From: an uncultured cyanobacterium
GTDB taxonomy: Bacteria > Cyanobacteriota > Cyanobacteriia > Cyanobacteriales > Cyanobacteriaceae
NCBI GenBank assembly: GCA_963749915.1
Contig: CAVVOP010000019.1
Span: forward strand, 96,001-160,000
Direction: 5' to 3'
DNA length: 64,000 bases
Both the position numbers and the translations under genes were made by a program. Shown one piece after another: positions 30,106-39,479 of the stretch; the first letter of the stretch is position 1; each line of letters starts with the position of its first letter. Under the pieces are notes generated by a model. That model saw nothing but the letters and a program-made list of their open reading frames with translations, ran no database searches and was not told the DNA's origin.

Positions 30106-31176
30106 ATGACTAATAATTATGATTTAGAAAAAATCTTCAGTTATGTACAAAAATTAGAGAAAAGAATTACTAAATTAGAATCAGAAAAAGCAATAATTGT
30201 TCATGGTCATTTAGCAAGTCAATCAGCAAAATCCCTGACAATTTCTTTGAATCAATTAATTAATGTTTATAACGATGTTTCTCATATTTTAGATGTTTAT
30301 GCTGTAACAGTTTCTTTATCCGCCGATAGTTATCGTCAACAAGTAAAAGATCAAGTTATATTAAATCAAGTAACAAGAGGAAATTATTGGGTTATTTTAT
30401 TGGAAAATGAAGAAGGAAAAAACTATTATTTATTACCCAATGCTAATATTAAACTCAGAATATACAGATTAAAAACTATCAGTAATTTATTTGCAATCAA
30501 AGGTGAAAATGATGGAAAACAAGAAGAATTTACTTTAATTAAACCTGCTAAATTAGAAATTTTATCCAGTGGTAATGAGTGGAGAATCAAGGAAAAAGGA
30601 GAGTTATTTTTAGGTAAGAAAAGCTCTACCCAAAGGTTAGTATCAGAGTTAGAAAAATTTACCGCACATGAAGACAAAATTCCCGCTAGTTTACAACAAT
30701 TGTTAAAAATTTTAACCAAAATAAATCAAGGTAATTCTCAGTTAGCCAAAGAGATTGAATTATTAGATAGTAGATTACAAAAATTAGAGCCTCAATACGT
30801 TAGGTTAATTAATTTATATTATAAGAATCCCCAAAAATTTGCTCAGTTAGAAGGAGGTAGTCAACGATTAAAAGTAACAAAACAGACGATTAAAGATTTT
30901 ATTCAAAATACCATGAATTCCGTTTATTTAGAAGTTAATGAAGCTGGAGAATATTTACTTAAAAAAGGAGAAAAAGATGAATATTTATTTCCAGATCCTC
31001 TCTTAATTTTTGATAAAATGACTTTATTATTTGCCCGTCAAGGAAAATTATTTATCATTGAAAATGAAATACCGATCGCGATTTTGGGCAAGGATATGAA
31101 AATCAAAAAACCTGCTAAGGTAAGAAAAAATGGTGATGTTTGGTTATTAATTGAATCGGGAGAAATAAGTTTATAA
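30106..31176 (+). CDS. Hypothetical protein with two copies of the shared cluster domain
   Basis: Two segments ending IKPAKL..W.IKEKGEL and KKPAKV..WLLIESGEI. Confidence 0.8.
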   Translation: MTNNYDLEKIFSYVQKLEKRITKLESEKAIIVHGHLASQSAKSLTISLNQLINVYNDVSHILDVYAVTVSLSADSYRQQVKDQVILNQVTRGNYWVILLENEEGKNYYLLPNANIKLRIYRLKTISNLFAIKGENDGKQEEFTLIKPAKLEILSSGNEWRIKEKGELFLGKKSSTQRLVSELEKFTAHEDKIPASLQQLLKILTKINQGNSQLAKEIELLDSRLQKLEPQYVRLINLYYKNPQKFAQLEGGSQRLKVTKQTIKDFIQNTMNSVYLEVNEAGEYLLKKGEKDEYLFPDPLLIFDKMTLLFARQGKLFIIENEIPIAILGKDMKIKKPAKVRKNGDVWLLIESGEISL

Positions 31177-31363
31177 CAATTCTAAGTATAGCTATTCGCC
31201 ATGTGGTATTGACAATTTAATGATCAACTTACCTGAGTGAACTATAAAATTGTTGATAAGGGGAGGTAATAGGTAATGGCTAATGGGTAATAGGTTCGAG
31301 AATTTAGATAAACTCTTTCATTTATCCAAGTATAAGACTAAGATAAACACCTTAATTTATAAG

Positions 31364-32861
31364 CTATGCCTTACCCATAAGTGCTGAAATACCTACTATG
31401 ATTGTATTCTAGAAAAGTTAGTTTAAAGGAGAAAAATCATGCAATCATGGGCAGCAGAAGAACTAGAATACACTAATTTACCGGACAAACGATTAAACCA
31501 AAGATTGATAAAAATTGTGGAACAAGCAAGTGCGCAACCTGAGGCAAGCGTTCCTCAAGCAAGTGGTGATTGGGCTAATACTAAAGCCACTTATAATTTC
31601 TGGAATTCAGAAAAGTTTAGCAGTGAAGATATAATTGATGGTCATCGACTCAAAACAGCACAAAGAGCTTCACAGGAGGATGTAATCCTAGCCATACAAG
31701 ACACCAGTGACTTTAATTTTACTCATCACTTGAGCAAAAATTGGGACAAAGGCTTTGGACAAACCTGTTCTCAAAAATATGTGAGAGGGCTAAAAGTCCA
31801 TTCAACCCTTGCCGTCAGTTCACAAGGAGTTCCCTTAGGAATTTTAGACCTACAAATCTGGACCAGAGAGCCCAAGAAAAAGCGCAAGAAAAAGAAATCA
31901 AAAAGTAATACCAGTATTTTCCACAAAGAAAGTAAAAGATGGCTGAGAGGATTAGTTGATGCTGAATTGAATGGCGCTGACTTAGCCATTCCATCAACGA
32001 CAAAGATAGTCACGATTGCTGATCGAGAAGGTTATATGTATGAGCTGTTTGCTTTGGAAAGAGAACCCAACTCAGAATTATTAATTCGAGCTAACCACAA
32101 TCGTCCTGTCAATCATGAAATGAAATATCTGAGAGAATCTATCTCTCAAGCCCCAGAGGCCGGAAAATTAAAGGTTTCTGTGCCCAAAAAAGATGGTAAA
32201 CCTCTCAGAGAAGCCACTTTGACCATTCGTTGTGGGATGTTAACCATCTCTCCTCCCAGCAATAGTTCTCCAGGGAACAACCGCTCACCGATTAGTTTGA
32301 ACGTGATTTATGCTGTGGAAGAGAATTTCCCCGAGGGAGTCAAACCGATTAATTGGCTTTTACTGACTACTTTAGAGGTGAACGATTTTGAGGATGCTGT
32401 TGGTTGTATTCGTTGGTACAGTTATCGTTGGCTTATCGAGCGTTACCATTATGTCCTCAAAAGTGGTTGCGGCATTGAAAAACTACAACTAGAAACAGCA
32501 GCAAGAATTAAGAAAGCTTTAGCTACTTATGCCATCGTAGCTTGGAGATTACTCTGGCTCACTTATCATGCTCGAGAAAATCCGCAACTCAAGAGTGATA
32601 CAGTTTTAGAGCAACATGAATGGCAATCTCTTTACTGTCATTTCCATCGTACTTCTATAACTCCAGCTCAGCCTCCTTCCCTTAAACAAGCTATGGTTTG
32701 GATTGCCAAATTGGGAGGATTTTTAGGAAGGAAAAATGATGGTGAACCAGGTGTCAAAAGTCTTTGGAGGGGCTTGAAACGTTTACATGATATTGCTTCC
32801 ACTTGGAAATTGGCACATTCCTCTCCCTCTATAGCTTGTGAGAGTTATGGGTAAGGCATAG
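31364..32861 (+). mobile_element. IS4-family (IS50/Tn5-like) insertion sequence
   Basis: IR ctatgccttacccataa / ttatgggtaaggcatag; 10-bp TSD AATTTATAAG at 31354-31363 and 32862-32871. Confidence 0.95.
31439..32854 (+). CDS. IS4 family transposase
   Basis: DKRLNQRL, IQDTS, ADRE, YSYRWLIERYHYVLKSG and LGGFLGRKNDGEPG motifs. Confidence 0.93.
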   Translation: MQSWAAEELEYTNLPDKRLNQRLIKIVEQASAQPEASVPQASGDWANTKATYNFWNSEKFSSEDIIDGHRLKTAQRASQEDVILAIQDTSDFNFTHHLSKNWDKGFGQTCSQKYVRGLKVHSTLAVSSQGVPLGILDLQIWTREPKKKRKKKKSKSNTSIFHKESKRWLRGLVDAELNGADLAIPSTTKIVTIADREGYMYELFALEREPNSELLIRANHNRPVNHEMKYLRESISQAPEAGKLKVSVPKKDGKPLREATLTIRCGMLTISPPSNSSPGNNRSPISLNVIYAVEENFPEGVKPINWLLLTTLEVNDFEDAVGCIRWYSYRWLIERYHYVLKSGCGIEKLQLETAARIKKALATYAIVAWRLLWLTYHARENPQLKSDTVLEQHEWQSLYCHFHRTSITPAQPPSLKQAMVWIAKLGGFLGRKNDGEPGVKSLWRGLKRLHDIASTWKLAHSSPSIACESYG

Positions 32862-32937
32862 AATTTATAAGTGTTTCTCCTATCTCCTATCTCCTAACTC
32901 CTACCCTCACCACTCATATTTTTTCAGCAGACCCTAA

Positions 32938-33480
32938 TTAGTAACAATGTTGATAAAAGTTTAGAGCAATATTGCCATAGAATTTAGTTTGGATTAACTG
33001 TAAATTATTATCATCTTTTATAGATGATTTTTTTGGATTATATTCAACGGCAATTTCCCCAATATTAGCCCTTAAAAGTTGATAATCGCAAATGGCATTC
33101 AAGACAGAATTATAAAAATCACAATGATAAGGAGGATCAAAATAAATTAAGTCAAATTTTCTTCCATTTAAACCTTTTAGTCTAGGTAAAATATTACCCC
33201 TTAAAACCTTAAATTGTTGATTATCATTCGCCACTTTTTGCCAATTTTCCCGAATAATTTGACAGGCTAAAGATAATTTTTCAATGGCAATAACCTCAGA
33301 TGCTCCTCTGCATAAGGCTTCTGCTCCCATTGTCCCATTCCCCGCACATAAATCTAACCATGAAGCGGATTCAATTTTGTCCTCCCAGATATTAAATAAA
33401 GCTTCTCTCACTTTAGATGTAGTGGGGCGAGTATCTTTACCTGATAGAGTTTTTATTTCTCTGTTACCATAAATACGCAT
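32938..33480 (-). CDS. rsmD: 16S rRNA (guanine966-N2)-methyltransferase
   Basis: TRPTTSKVREALFNI, LDLCAGNG and YFDPPY motifs. Confidence 0.92.
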   Translation of the reverse strand: MRIYGNREIKTLSGKDTRPTTSKVREALFNIWEDKIESASWLDLCAGNGTMGAEALCRGASEVIAIEKLSLACQIIRENWQKVANDNQQFKVLRGNILPRLKGLNGRKFDLIYFDPPYHCDFYNSVLNAICDYQLLRANIGEIAVEYNPKKSSIKDDNNLQLIQTKFYGNIALNFYQHCY

Positions 33481-33765
33481 AAGTAATAATTTTTAGGTAG
33501 TTCTGTACAAGTAGTAATAAGACAAAATAACTGATTAATTTTCATTTAAATATGATCTAGTTGAGTTGGCTTAGAAAACCTTTTTGTTTCACCAGTTTTT
33601 CTTTTCTGGCTGACCATGCTTCTCTCCGAAAAATGACTTACTCCAGTTAATTTTGCCACCGTAGAAAAAAGGAAATAAACAGGAAGAGTTTAGAGGCGAT
33701 CGCTCATTGTACAATTGTACAATAACTAATATTTTATTTTTGCAATAGGTCTAATATTTATTAAT

Positions 33766-34986
33766 GTGAAAATTTTACATTTAAGCGACATTCATTTAGG
33801 AAGCAGTTTCAGTCACGGAAAAATTAACCCCGAAACAGGATTAAACACCAGATTAGAAGACTTTACCCGCACCTTAAGTATTTGTATTGATCGAGCGATT
33901 AATGATAGTGTAGATTTAGTTTTATTCGGGGGAGATGCCTTCCCTGACAGTACCCCAGCACCCTATATTCAATCAGCCTTTGCCCATCAATTTCGTCGTT
34001 TAGTAGAGGCAAATATTCCCACCGTTTTATTAGTAGGCAATCATGATCAACATACCCAAGGCAATGGCGGTGCAAGTTTATCTATTTATCGTACTCTAGG
34101 AGTACCCAATTTTATCGTGGGAGAACAACTAGAAACCCACTTAATCGACACAAAATCTGGGTTAATTCAAATCATAACCCTACCTTGGTTAACTCGCTCT
34201 GTGTTACTAACCCGCCCTGAAACCGAAGGCTTGTCTATGGAACAAATTAACCAATTATTAATTCAAAAAATTGAGCCAGTTTTAGAAGCAGAAATCAGAC
34301 AATTAAATCGTGACATTCCCACTATTTTACTCGCCCATGTCATGGCTGAAAGAGCGAATTTAGGTGCAGAGAGATTTTTAGCCGTTGGCAAAGGTTTTCA
34401 AATTCCCTTATCAATGTTAACTCGTCCTGAATTTGATTATGTTGCACTGGGTCATGTCCATAAACATCAAAATCTCAATGCAAAAAACAATCCTCCTGTG
34501 GTTTATCCTGGTAGTATTGAGCGAGTGGATTTTTCCGAAGAAAAGGAGGAAAAAGGTTACGTTTTGATTGACGTGACCCAAACACAAGTTAATTGGGAAT
34601 TTTATCCTTTACCTGCTCGTCCTTTTGTTACCATTGAAGTTGATATCAGTGCTAGCCCTAATCCTGAATCAGACTTGTTACAAGCGATCGCCAAACATAA
34701 AATAGAAGATGCCGTTGTCCGTGTCATTTATCATTTACGATCAGAACAACTAGAATTAATTAAGATGAGTCGTATCAATGAAAGTTTATCCTCAGCTCAC
34801 ACCTATAACCTCAAAGCCCAATTAGTAAGCAAATTAGCTCGTCCAAGATTACCCGAATTAGGTATTGGCAAGGGTTTGGATCCCCTTTGTGCACTCTCGA
34901 CTTACCTAAATAATCGCCAAGATTTGCAGGATTTAGTGCCTGATATGTTAACCGCCGCTGAAAATCTTTTAAGTAAATTGGGCTAA
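33766..34986 (+). CDS. sbcD: Exonuclease SbcCD subunit D
   Basis: HLSDIHLG, GDAF, GNHD, YVALGHVH and YPGSIERVDFSE motifs. Confidence 0.92.
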   Translation: MKILHLSDIHLGSSFSHGKINPETGLNTRLEDFTRTLSICIDRAINDSVDLVLFGGDAFPDSTPAPYIQSAFAHQFRRLVEANIPTVLLVGNHDQHTQGNGGASLSIYRTLGVPNFIVGEQLETHLIDTKSGLIQIITLPWLTRSVLLTRPETEGLSMEQINQLLIQKIEPVLEAEIRQLNRDIPTILLAHVMAERANLGAERFLAVGKGFQIPLSMLTRPEFDYVALGHVHKHQNLNAKNNPPVVYPGSIERVDFSEEKEEKGYVLIDVTQTQVNWEFYPLPARPFVTIEVDISASPNPESDLLQAIAKHKIEDAVVRVIYHLRSEQLELIKMSRINESLSSAHTYNLKAQLVSKLARPRLPELGIGKGLDPLCALSTYLNNRQDLQDLVPDMLTAAENLLSKLG

Positions 34987-35198
34987 AAAAGTCTTTTGGT
35001 GAGGGGATTTTTAAGTAATAAAGTAAAGTAGGGGAAGGATTTTACCTGCCCTTGTGAGTTGCCTCCTGCCCTCTGCCCTCTGCCCTCTGACTTGAAAGTG
35101 CCAACTTTCATCTCTGATGGTGAAAATTTTTTTTTCATGGGGACTGCCTTGCCCGAAGGGCTGGTCAACTCCGAACCACAAACTCAAAATTTAACTAA

Positions 35199-35924
35199 TT
35201 ATCCACTGATGAGTAAGCCTTTTTCTTTCTGTATCGGTAGAGTAGAAATAACATTTTTTTGAGAACAATATTTTAAATCTTCGTCTAAATTTAATTTAAG
35301 TAATCTTTGTCCATGACTACACAGTTGGAATAGCCCCAACAAATTATCCTCCCATTGACGATATAAAGCGATCGCAGATACTACTTCATCATTGCCAATG
35401 TGATCAGGATTACCAAGATCAACTAATTCGGAGGCAATAGCACCCGCACAAACGGTGTCCTCTAAAGAATAACCTCCTTCCCATCCCGAACCTAGTAGCC
35501 ACACTGTAGCAGGTTGATGTTCTTTTAAATACCTAACCACTGCACCATAATTAATCATCGCTCCGGTAATAACAATTTTAGCAGATTCTACTGTTTGTAA
35601 TGATCGAGTGCCATTGGTGGTACTAATAAATAATTGTTTCCCATTGACCACCTCTAAAGAACAATCTAAGGGAGAATTACCTAAATCACAACTATCAACT
35701 TTTTTGCCTCCTCTCTCCCCCAGTCTGAGACGAGATTCCATAGGTAATTTATCGCTTTCTGCTAACAATAAATCTATATCACTAAAAGCTTGAACGGATT
35801 TTGCCCCATTATTCAAGGCTGTGGCGATGGTGGTAGTTGCTCTCAAAACGTCAATAACTACGGCACAGTCGGGAATGGAATTGTCGGGGGTAGATTCAGG
35901 GGTATGATAAACCGAAATTTTCAC
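35199..35924 (-). CDS. comB: 2-phosphosulfolactate phosphatase family protein
   Basis: [25 protein letters not shown] and SLED motifs. Confidence 0.9.
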   Translation of the reverse strand: MKISVYHTPESTPDNSIPDCAVVIDVLRATTTIATALNNGAKSVQAFSDIDLLLAESDKLPMESRLRLGERGGKKVDSCDLGNSPLDCSLEVVNGKQLFISTTNGTRSLQTVESAKIVITGAMINYGAVVRYLKEHQPATVWLLGSGWEGGYSLEDTVCAGAIASELVDLGNPDHIGNDEVVSAIALYRQWEDNLLGLFQLCSHGQRLLKLNLDEDLKYCSQKNVISTLPIQKEKGLLISG

Positions 35925-35978
35925 GCTAATTTTAGATCAAAGTAGATTGAACATTCCTGATTGTACATTAATCCTGTC

Positions 35979-36020
35979 AAAAAAAAGCAACCCCCATTCC
36001 CAAAAAGAATAGAGGTTAAC
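35979..36020 (-). terminator. Intrinsic terminator downstream of rbp
   Basis: Minus strand aacctctattc-tttttgg-aatgggggtt hairpin (with G-U pairs) followed by a T run. Confidence 0.6.
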
Positions 36021-36077
36021 TTTATTTAGTTAGGGGTAAAAATCAGAAGTCAAAGCGATAGTTAAGCCTAAATATTT

Positions 36078-36383
36078 TTAATAGTTGCGAGAAAAACTGT
36101 TACGTCTTCCACCGCCACCGCCACCGCGAGAGTTGTTCTCTTCACGTGGTTTGGCTTTATTTACCTTCATGTCACGACCCATCCATTCTGCGCCGTCTAG
36201 TGCCTCAATTGCAGCGTTTTCTTCGGCGTCTGTATTCATTTCAACAAAACCAAAACCGCGCATGCGTCCAGTCTCACGATCGGTGGGAAGATAAACTCTT
36301 TTCACCGAGCCGAAGTCTGCAAAGGCAGAGGTTAAATGTGCTTCCGTAACATCATAGGATAAATTGCCTACATATATTGACAT
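36078..36383 (-). CDS. rbp: RRM RNA-binding protein with glycine-rich tail (Rbp family)
   Basis: SIYVGNL (RNP2), RGFGFVEM (RNP1), GGGGGG tail. Confidence 0.95.
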   Translation of the reverse strand: MSIYVGNLSYDVTEAHLTSAFADFGSVKRVYLPTDRETGRMRGFGFVEMNTDAEENAAIEALDGAEWMGRDMKVNKAKPREENNSRGGGGGGRRNSFSRNY

Positions 36384-36385
36384 AG

Positions 36386-36438
36386 TCTGTCTCCAAATTC
36401 AAATTTTGTGGTCAAGAGTCGCAATTCGGAGAGAAGCT
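36386..36438 (-). promoter_or_regulatory. rbp 5'-UTR conserved boxes
   Basis: TCTCCGAA box and the complementary TTTGGAGA RBS region, as known for cyanobacterial cold-inducible rbp leaders. Confidence 0.6.
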
Positions 36439-36568
36439 TGTCAATCTTAAACTCGAAAAACTCGTGAATATCTTAAACAAATCTTTAAACCGATACTTAA
36501 TCTCGTCAACTCCGATTATAACACCCATTTTTCATATTTGGGGTTTTTTGGAAAAAATTATTTTCTAT

Positions 36569-36838
36569 CTATCTGGTTTTTCTCAGCATTTCTACGAGGG
36601 TATGATGTGCGTCTTTGGCATCTTCCAAGGTATGATCGAATTCAATGCGCAAGGGCTTTTCTTTTTCTTCATCGATTACTAAGTACATTCCCTCATTATC
36701 AATGGATAACATTTTGGCATTTTCTAAGGATGAAATTTGACCATAATATTTAGCGTATAAGGCTATGGCATCTCGGTGATCTTCGTTCATGTGTTTACAG
36801 ATACGATCGCTGACTGCTGGGGTAATAGTTTCTGTCAT
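36569..36838 (-). CDS. DUF2470 domain protein
   Basis: SDRICKHMNEDH motif. Confidence 0.85.
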   Translation of the reverse strand: MTETITPAVSDRICKHMNEDHRDAIALYAKYYGQISSLENAKMLSIDNEGMYLVIDEEKEKPLRIEFDHTLEDAKDAHHTLVEMLRKTR

Positions 36839-36894
36839 ACTAGGTGGTTGGGGAAAGTCATGTTCGTATTTTATCATGAAAGGCAAGTAAGGAA

Positions 36895-37653
36895 ATGAAG
36901 TTAATGGATCAGGTTAAGATTATTTTAGTTGAACCAGCAGGGGAGAGAAATATTGGTTCCATCGCCAGAGTTATGCGTAATATGGGGTTATCTTGCTTAG
37001 TGATGGTTAATCCCCGTTGTGATTATTTATCGGAAGACGCTCAAGTAATGGCAGTTCACGGGGTTGAGGTTTTGCAAAAGGCGGTGATTGTGGATTCATT
37101 GCCCTTAGCTTTACAAGGTTGTCAACGGGCGATCGCCACTACGGCAAGGATGCGAGGCATTCCGACGGTGTTAGAAACTCCTAAACAAGCGCTTCCTTGG
37201 TTAATCGAAAAAAATGTTACTTCAGCACTGATTTTTGGACCTGAAGATCGGGGTTTAACTAATCGAGAATTGAGTTATGCTCAACGTTTCGTCTCTATTC
37301 CTGCTAATCCTGAATATCCTTCTTTAAATTTAGCTCAAGCGGTGGGGGTTTGTGCCTACGAACTTTATCAGAGGTTGAATGAAATAGAAGTCCTCGAAAA
37401 TTCAGATAGTGAAGTGATGGCCAACATTGAGGAATTAGAGGGATATTATCAACATTTGGAGTCGGTGTTATTAGATGTCAACTATTTATATCCTCACACC
37501 GCAGCCAGGAAAATGGAAAAATTGCGGAGAATTATTAACCGTGCTAATTTAAAAAGTCGCGAATTAGCTATGGTTAGGGGCATTTTACGACAAATACAGT
37601 GGGCGATCAAAGGGAAGAATCGGCAAAATGAAGAGGCGAAGATAGGAGAATAA
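36895..37653 (+). CDS. SPOUT RNA methyltransferase (TrmJ/TrmH family)
   Basis: NIGSIARVM, FGPEDRGL and SLNLAQAV motifs. Confidence 0.9.
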   Translation: MKLMDQVKIILVEPAGERNIGSIARVMRNMGLSCLVMVNPRCDYLSEDAQVMAVHGVEVLQKAVIVDSLPLALQGCQRAIATTARMRGIPTVLETPKQALPWLIEKNVTSALIFGPEDRGLTNRELSYAQRFVSIPANPEYPSLNLAQAVGVCAYELYQRLNEIEVLENSDSEVMANIEELEGYYQHLESVLLDVNYLYPHTAARKMEKLRRIINRANLKSRELAMVRGILRQIQWAIKGKNRQNEEAKIGE

Positions 37654-37731
37654 AAAAGTCGAGCTAAAACTTTCATTATGTTCTATAAATGAATAAGTTA
37701 ATATTTTCACATTCATTTAAAATTTAACAAT

Positions 37732-39027
37732 TTGAGGGGGAGAACCTTGGGTATATTTTTGTCTCGAACTCACGGAGAAAACAACTACAATCGCAAAGCA
37801 TCAGTATCTAAACAAGTTAACACAAATAAAAAACAAGGCTCTCGAAGAAAATCCTCTGCCGTTAGTAGAAATTCCTTAAATAATAAACTTGTCAAAAAAA
37901 ATAATATTGTTTCTAGGACCAAACCAGCCATAGTTTCTGGCCAGGAAACTTCTACTAATTTAGGAAGTCTTATCCTTAACAATGTTTTTCGGTTAGCTAT
38001 TATTGGGGTAGGAATGGGTACTATTTTTGGCAGTATTCTCGCAAATATTGATTTAACCAAACCTTTATTTCCGAAAATAAATGTGCCCTTGGTGGAAGGT
38101 TTATCTGCTAAAAAGACTGAAATATCAACGCAAAAGGAAACAACTTCCACAGATAAAGAGGTTGTTAAAGAATCAGAGGCAAAGGATATAAATATCAATA
38201 ATCAGTCTCTGGTTTTTAGTCAGGAGTTAACACCCCTGAAAAATAAATTTACCGAACTAAAAGCTAAATACCCGAAATTAGAACCTGGGGCGTTTTTTGT
38301 TGATTTAGATAATGGTGCCTATGTTAATTTTAATGGTGTAACTACATTCTCAGCGGCTAGTACGATTAAAATCCCTGTGTTGGTGGCTTTTTTTCAAGAT
38401 GTGGATGCAGGAAAAATCTATCTTGACGAAAAACTCACTATCAGTCCATCAAATATCGGTAGTGGTTCAGGAGGAATGCAATATCAACCCGTTGGTACTC
38501 AATATTCGGCTATTAATACTGCTACGGAAATGATTATCAATAGCGATAATACAGCTACTAATATGATTATTGAACGATTGGGGGGAAAAGATGAGTTGAA
38601 TAGACGCTTTAAAGAATGGGGTTTAGATGTCACGGTGATTAATAATCCCTTACCTGACTTAGAAGGCACAAACATGACCAGTCCAAGGGATTTAGCGATG
38701 ATCTTAGTCAAGGTTAATCAAGGGGAATTAATTTCCCTACGATCGCGAGATCGTCTTCTTGAGATTATGAGACAAACTCGAACAAGAACATTGTTACCTC
38801 AAGGAATCGAAAAAGATGCTTCCATCGCCCATAAAACGGGGGATATTGGTACAGTGTTAGGGGATGCGGGAATTGTCGATATACCCACAGGTAAACGTTA
38901 TATTGGTTCAGTATTAGTCAAACGTTCCCATAACGATTATTCTGCAAGAACTTTAATTCAAGAGATTTCTCGCACCAGTTATCAGCACCTTAAATGGTAT
39001 TCTCCGCATCCCCCTCTAAATAAATAA
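37732..39027 (+). CDS. Membrane-anchored class A beta-lactamase-like serine hydrolase (PBP-A-like); start uncertain
   Basis: STIK (SxxK), SDN and HKTG motifs; N-terminal TM. Confidence 0.88.
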   Translation: MRGRTLGIFLSRTHGENNYNRKASVSKQVNTNKKQGSRRKSSAVSRNSLNNKLVKKNNIVSRTKPAIVSGQETSTNLGSLILNNVFRLAIIGVGMGTIFGSILANIDLTKPLFPKINVPLVEGLSAKKTEISTQKETTSTDKEVVKESEAKDININNQSLVFSQELTPLKNKFTELKAKYPKLEPGAFFVDLDNGAYVNFNGVTTFSAASTIKIPVLVAFFQDVDAGKIYLDEKLTISPSNIGSGSGGMQYQPVGTQYSAINTATEMIINSDNTATNMIIERLGGKDELNRRFKEWGLDVTVINNPLPDLEGTNMTSPRDLAMILVKVNQGELISLRSRDRLLEIMRQTRTRTLLPQGIEKDASIAHKTGDIGTVLGDAGIVDIPTGKRYIGSVLVKRSHNDYSARTLIQEISRTSYQHLKWYSPHPPLNK

Positions 39028-39049
39028 TGTGGGTTTGGAATTACCTTCG

Positions 39050-39400
39050 TTAAAAAGTAGAACTATTCCATCCCCACATTGAACCTTTGGCATCAGCAAA
39101 TTCTATATAAATACGGTTTTCAGCTATGCCTAAATTATCATGAATTTCTGTACAAAAATCTTGACTCATGGCTTTTGTTTGAGAAGGATTCATCGAACCA
39201 ACGCTTTTTATTTCCAGATAACAAACAGGATCAAAGGTTCCTGCAAAAGTCATAGCAATATCGGATTCAAAAGCAGTCATTACATAAGATTCAGGTTTCC
39301 CTAAATGTTTGGCTAATTTACTTGATAAACTCCTTAATAAATTTTGTATGTTTTGTGTGCTGGGGCTAGAAATAGAAGTTTGTACTTTGATTAGTGGCAT
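39050..39400 (-). CDS. MIF / phenylpyruvate tautomerase family protein
   Basis: N-terminal MP, GKPESYVM, NRIYI and WGWN motifs. Confidence 0.92.
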   Translation of the reverse strand: MPLIKVQTSISSPSTQNIQNLLRSLSSKLAKHLGKPESYVMTAFESDIAMTFAGTFDPVCYLEIKSVGSMNPSQTKAMSQDFCTEIHDNLGIAENRIYIEFADAKGSMWGWNSSTF

Positions 39401-39479
39401 ATTTTTAGTGTGTTTATAAATTAGAATTTATAATTCGGAATTTGGAACTGATAACAGTTTAACAATTATTAACTATTAT

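Noticed and set aside
34983..35262. Small ORFs between sbcD and comB
   Set aside because: They overlap TGCCCTC heptamer repeats and comB antisense; no protein features
37732..39027. Antibiotic-resistance beta-lactamase
   Set aside because: Membrane-anchored cyanobacterial PBP-A-like protein; resistance cannot be inferred from sequence
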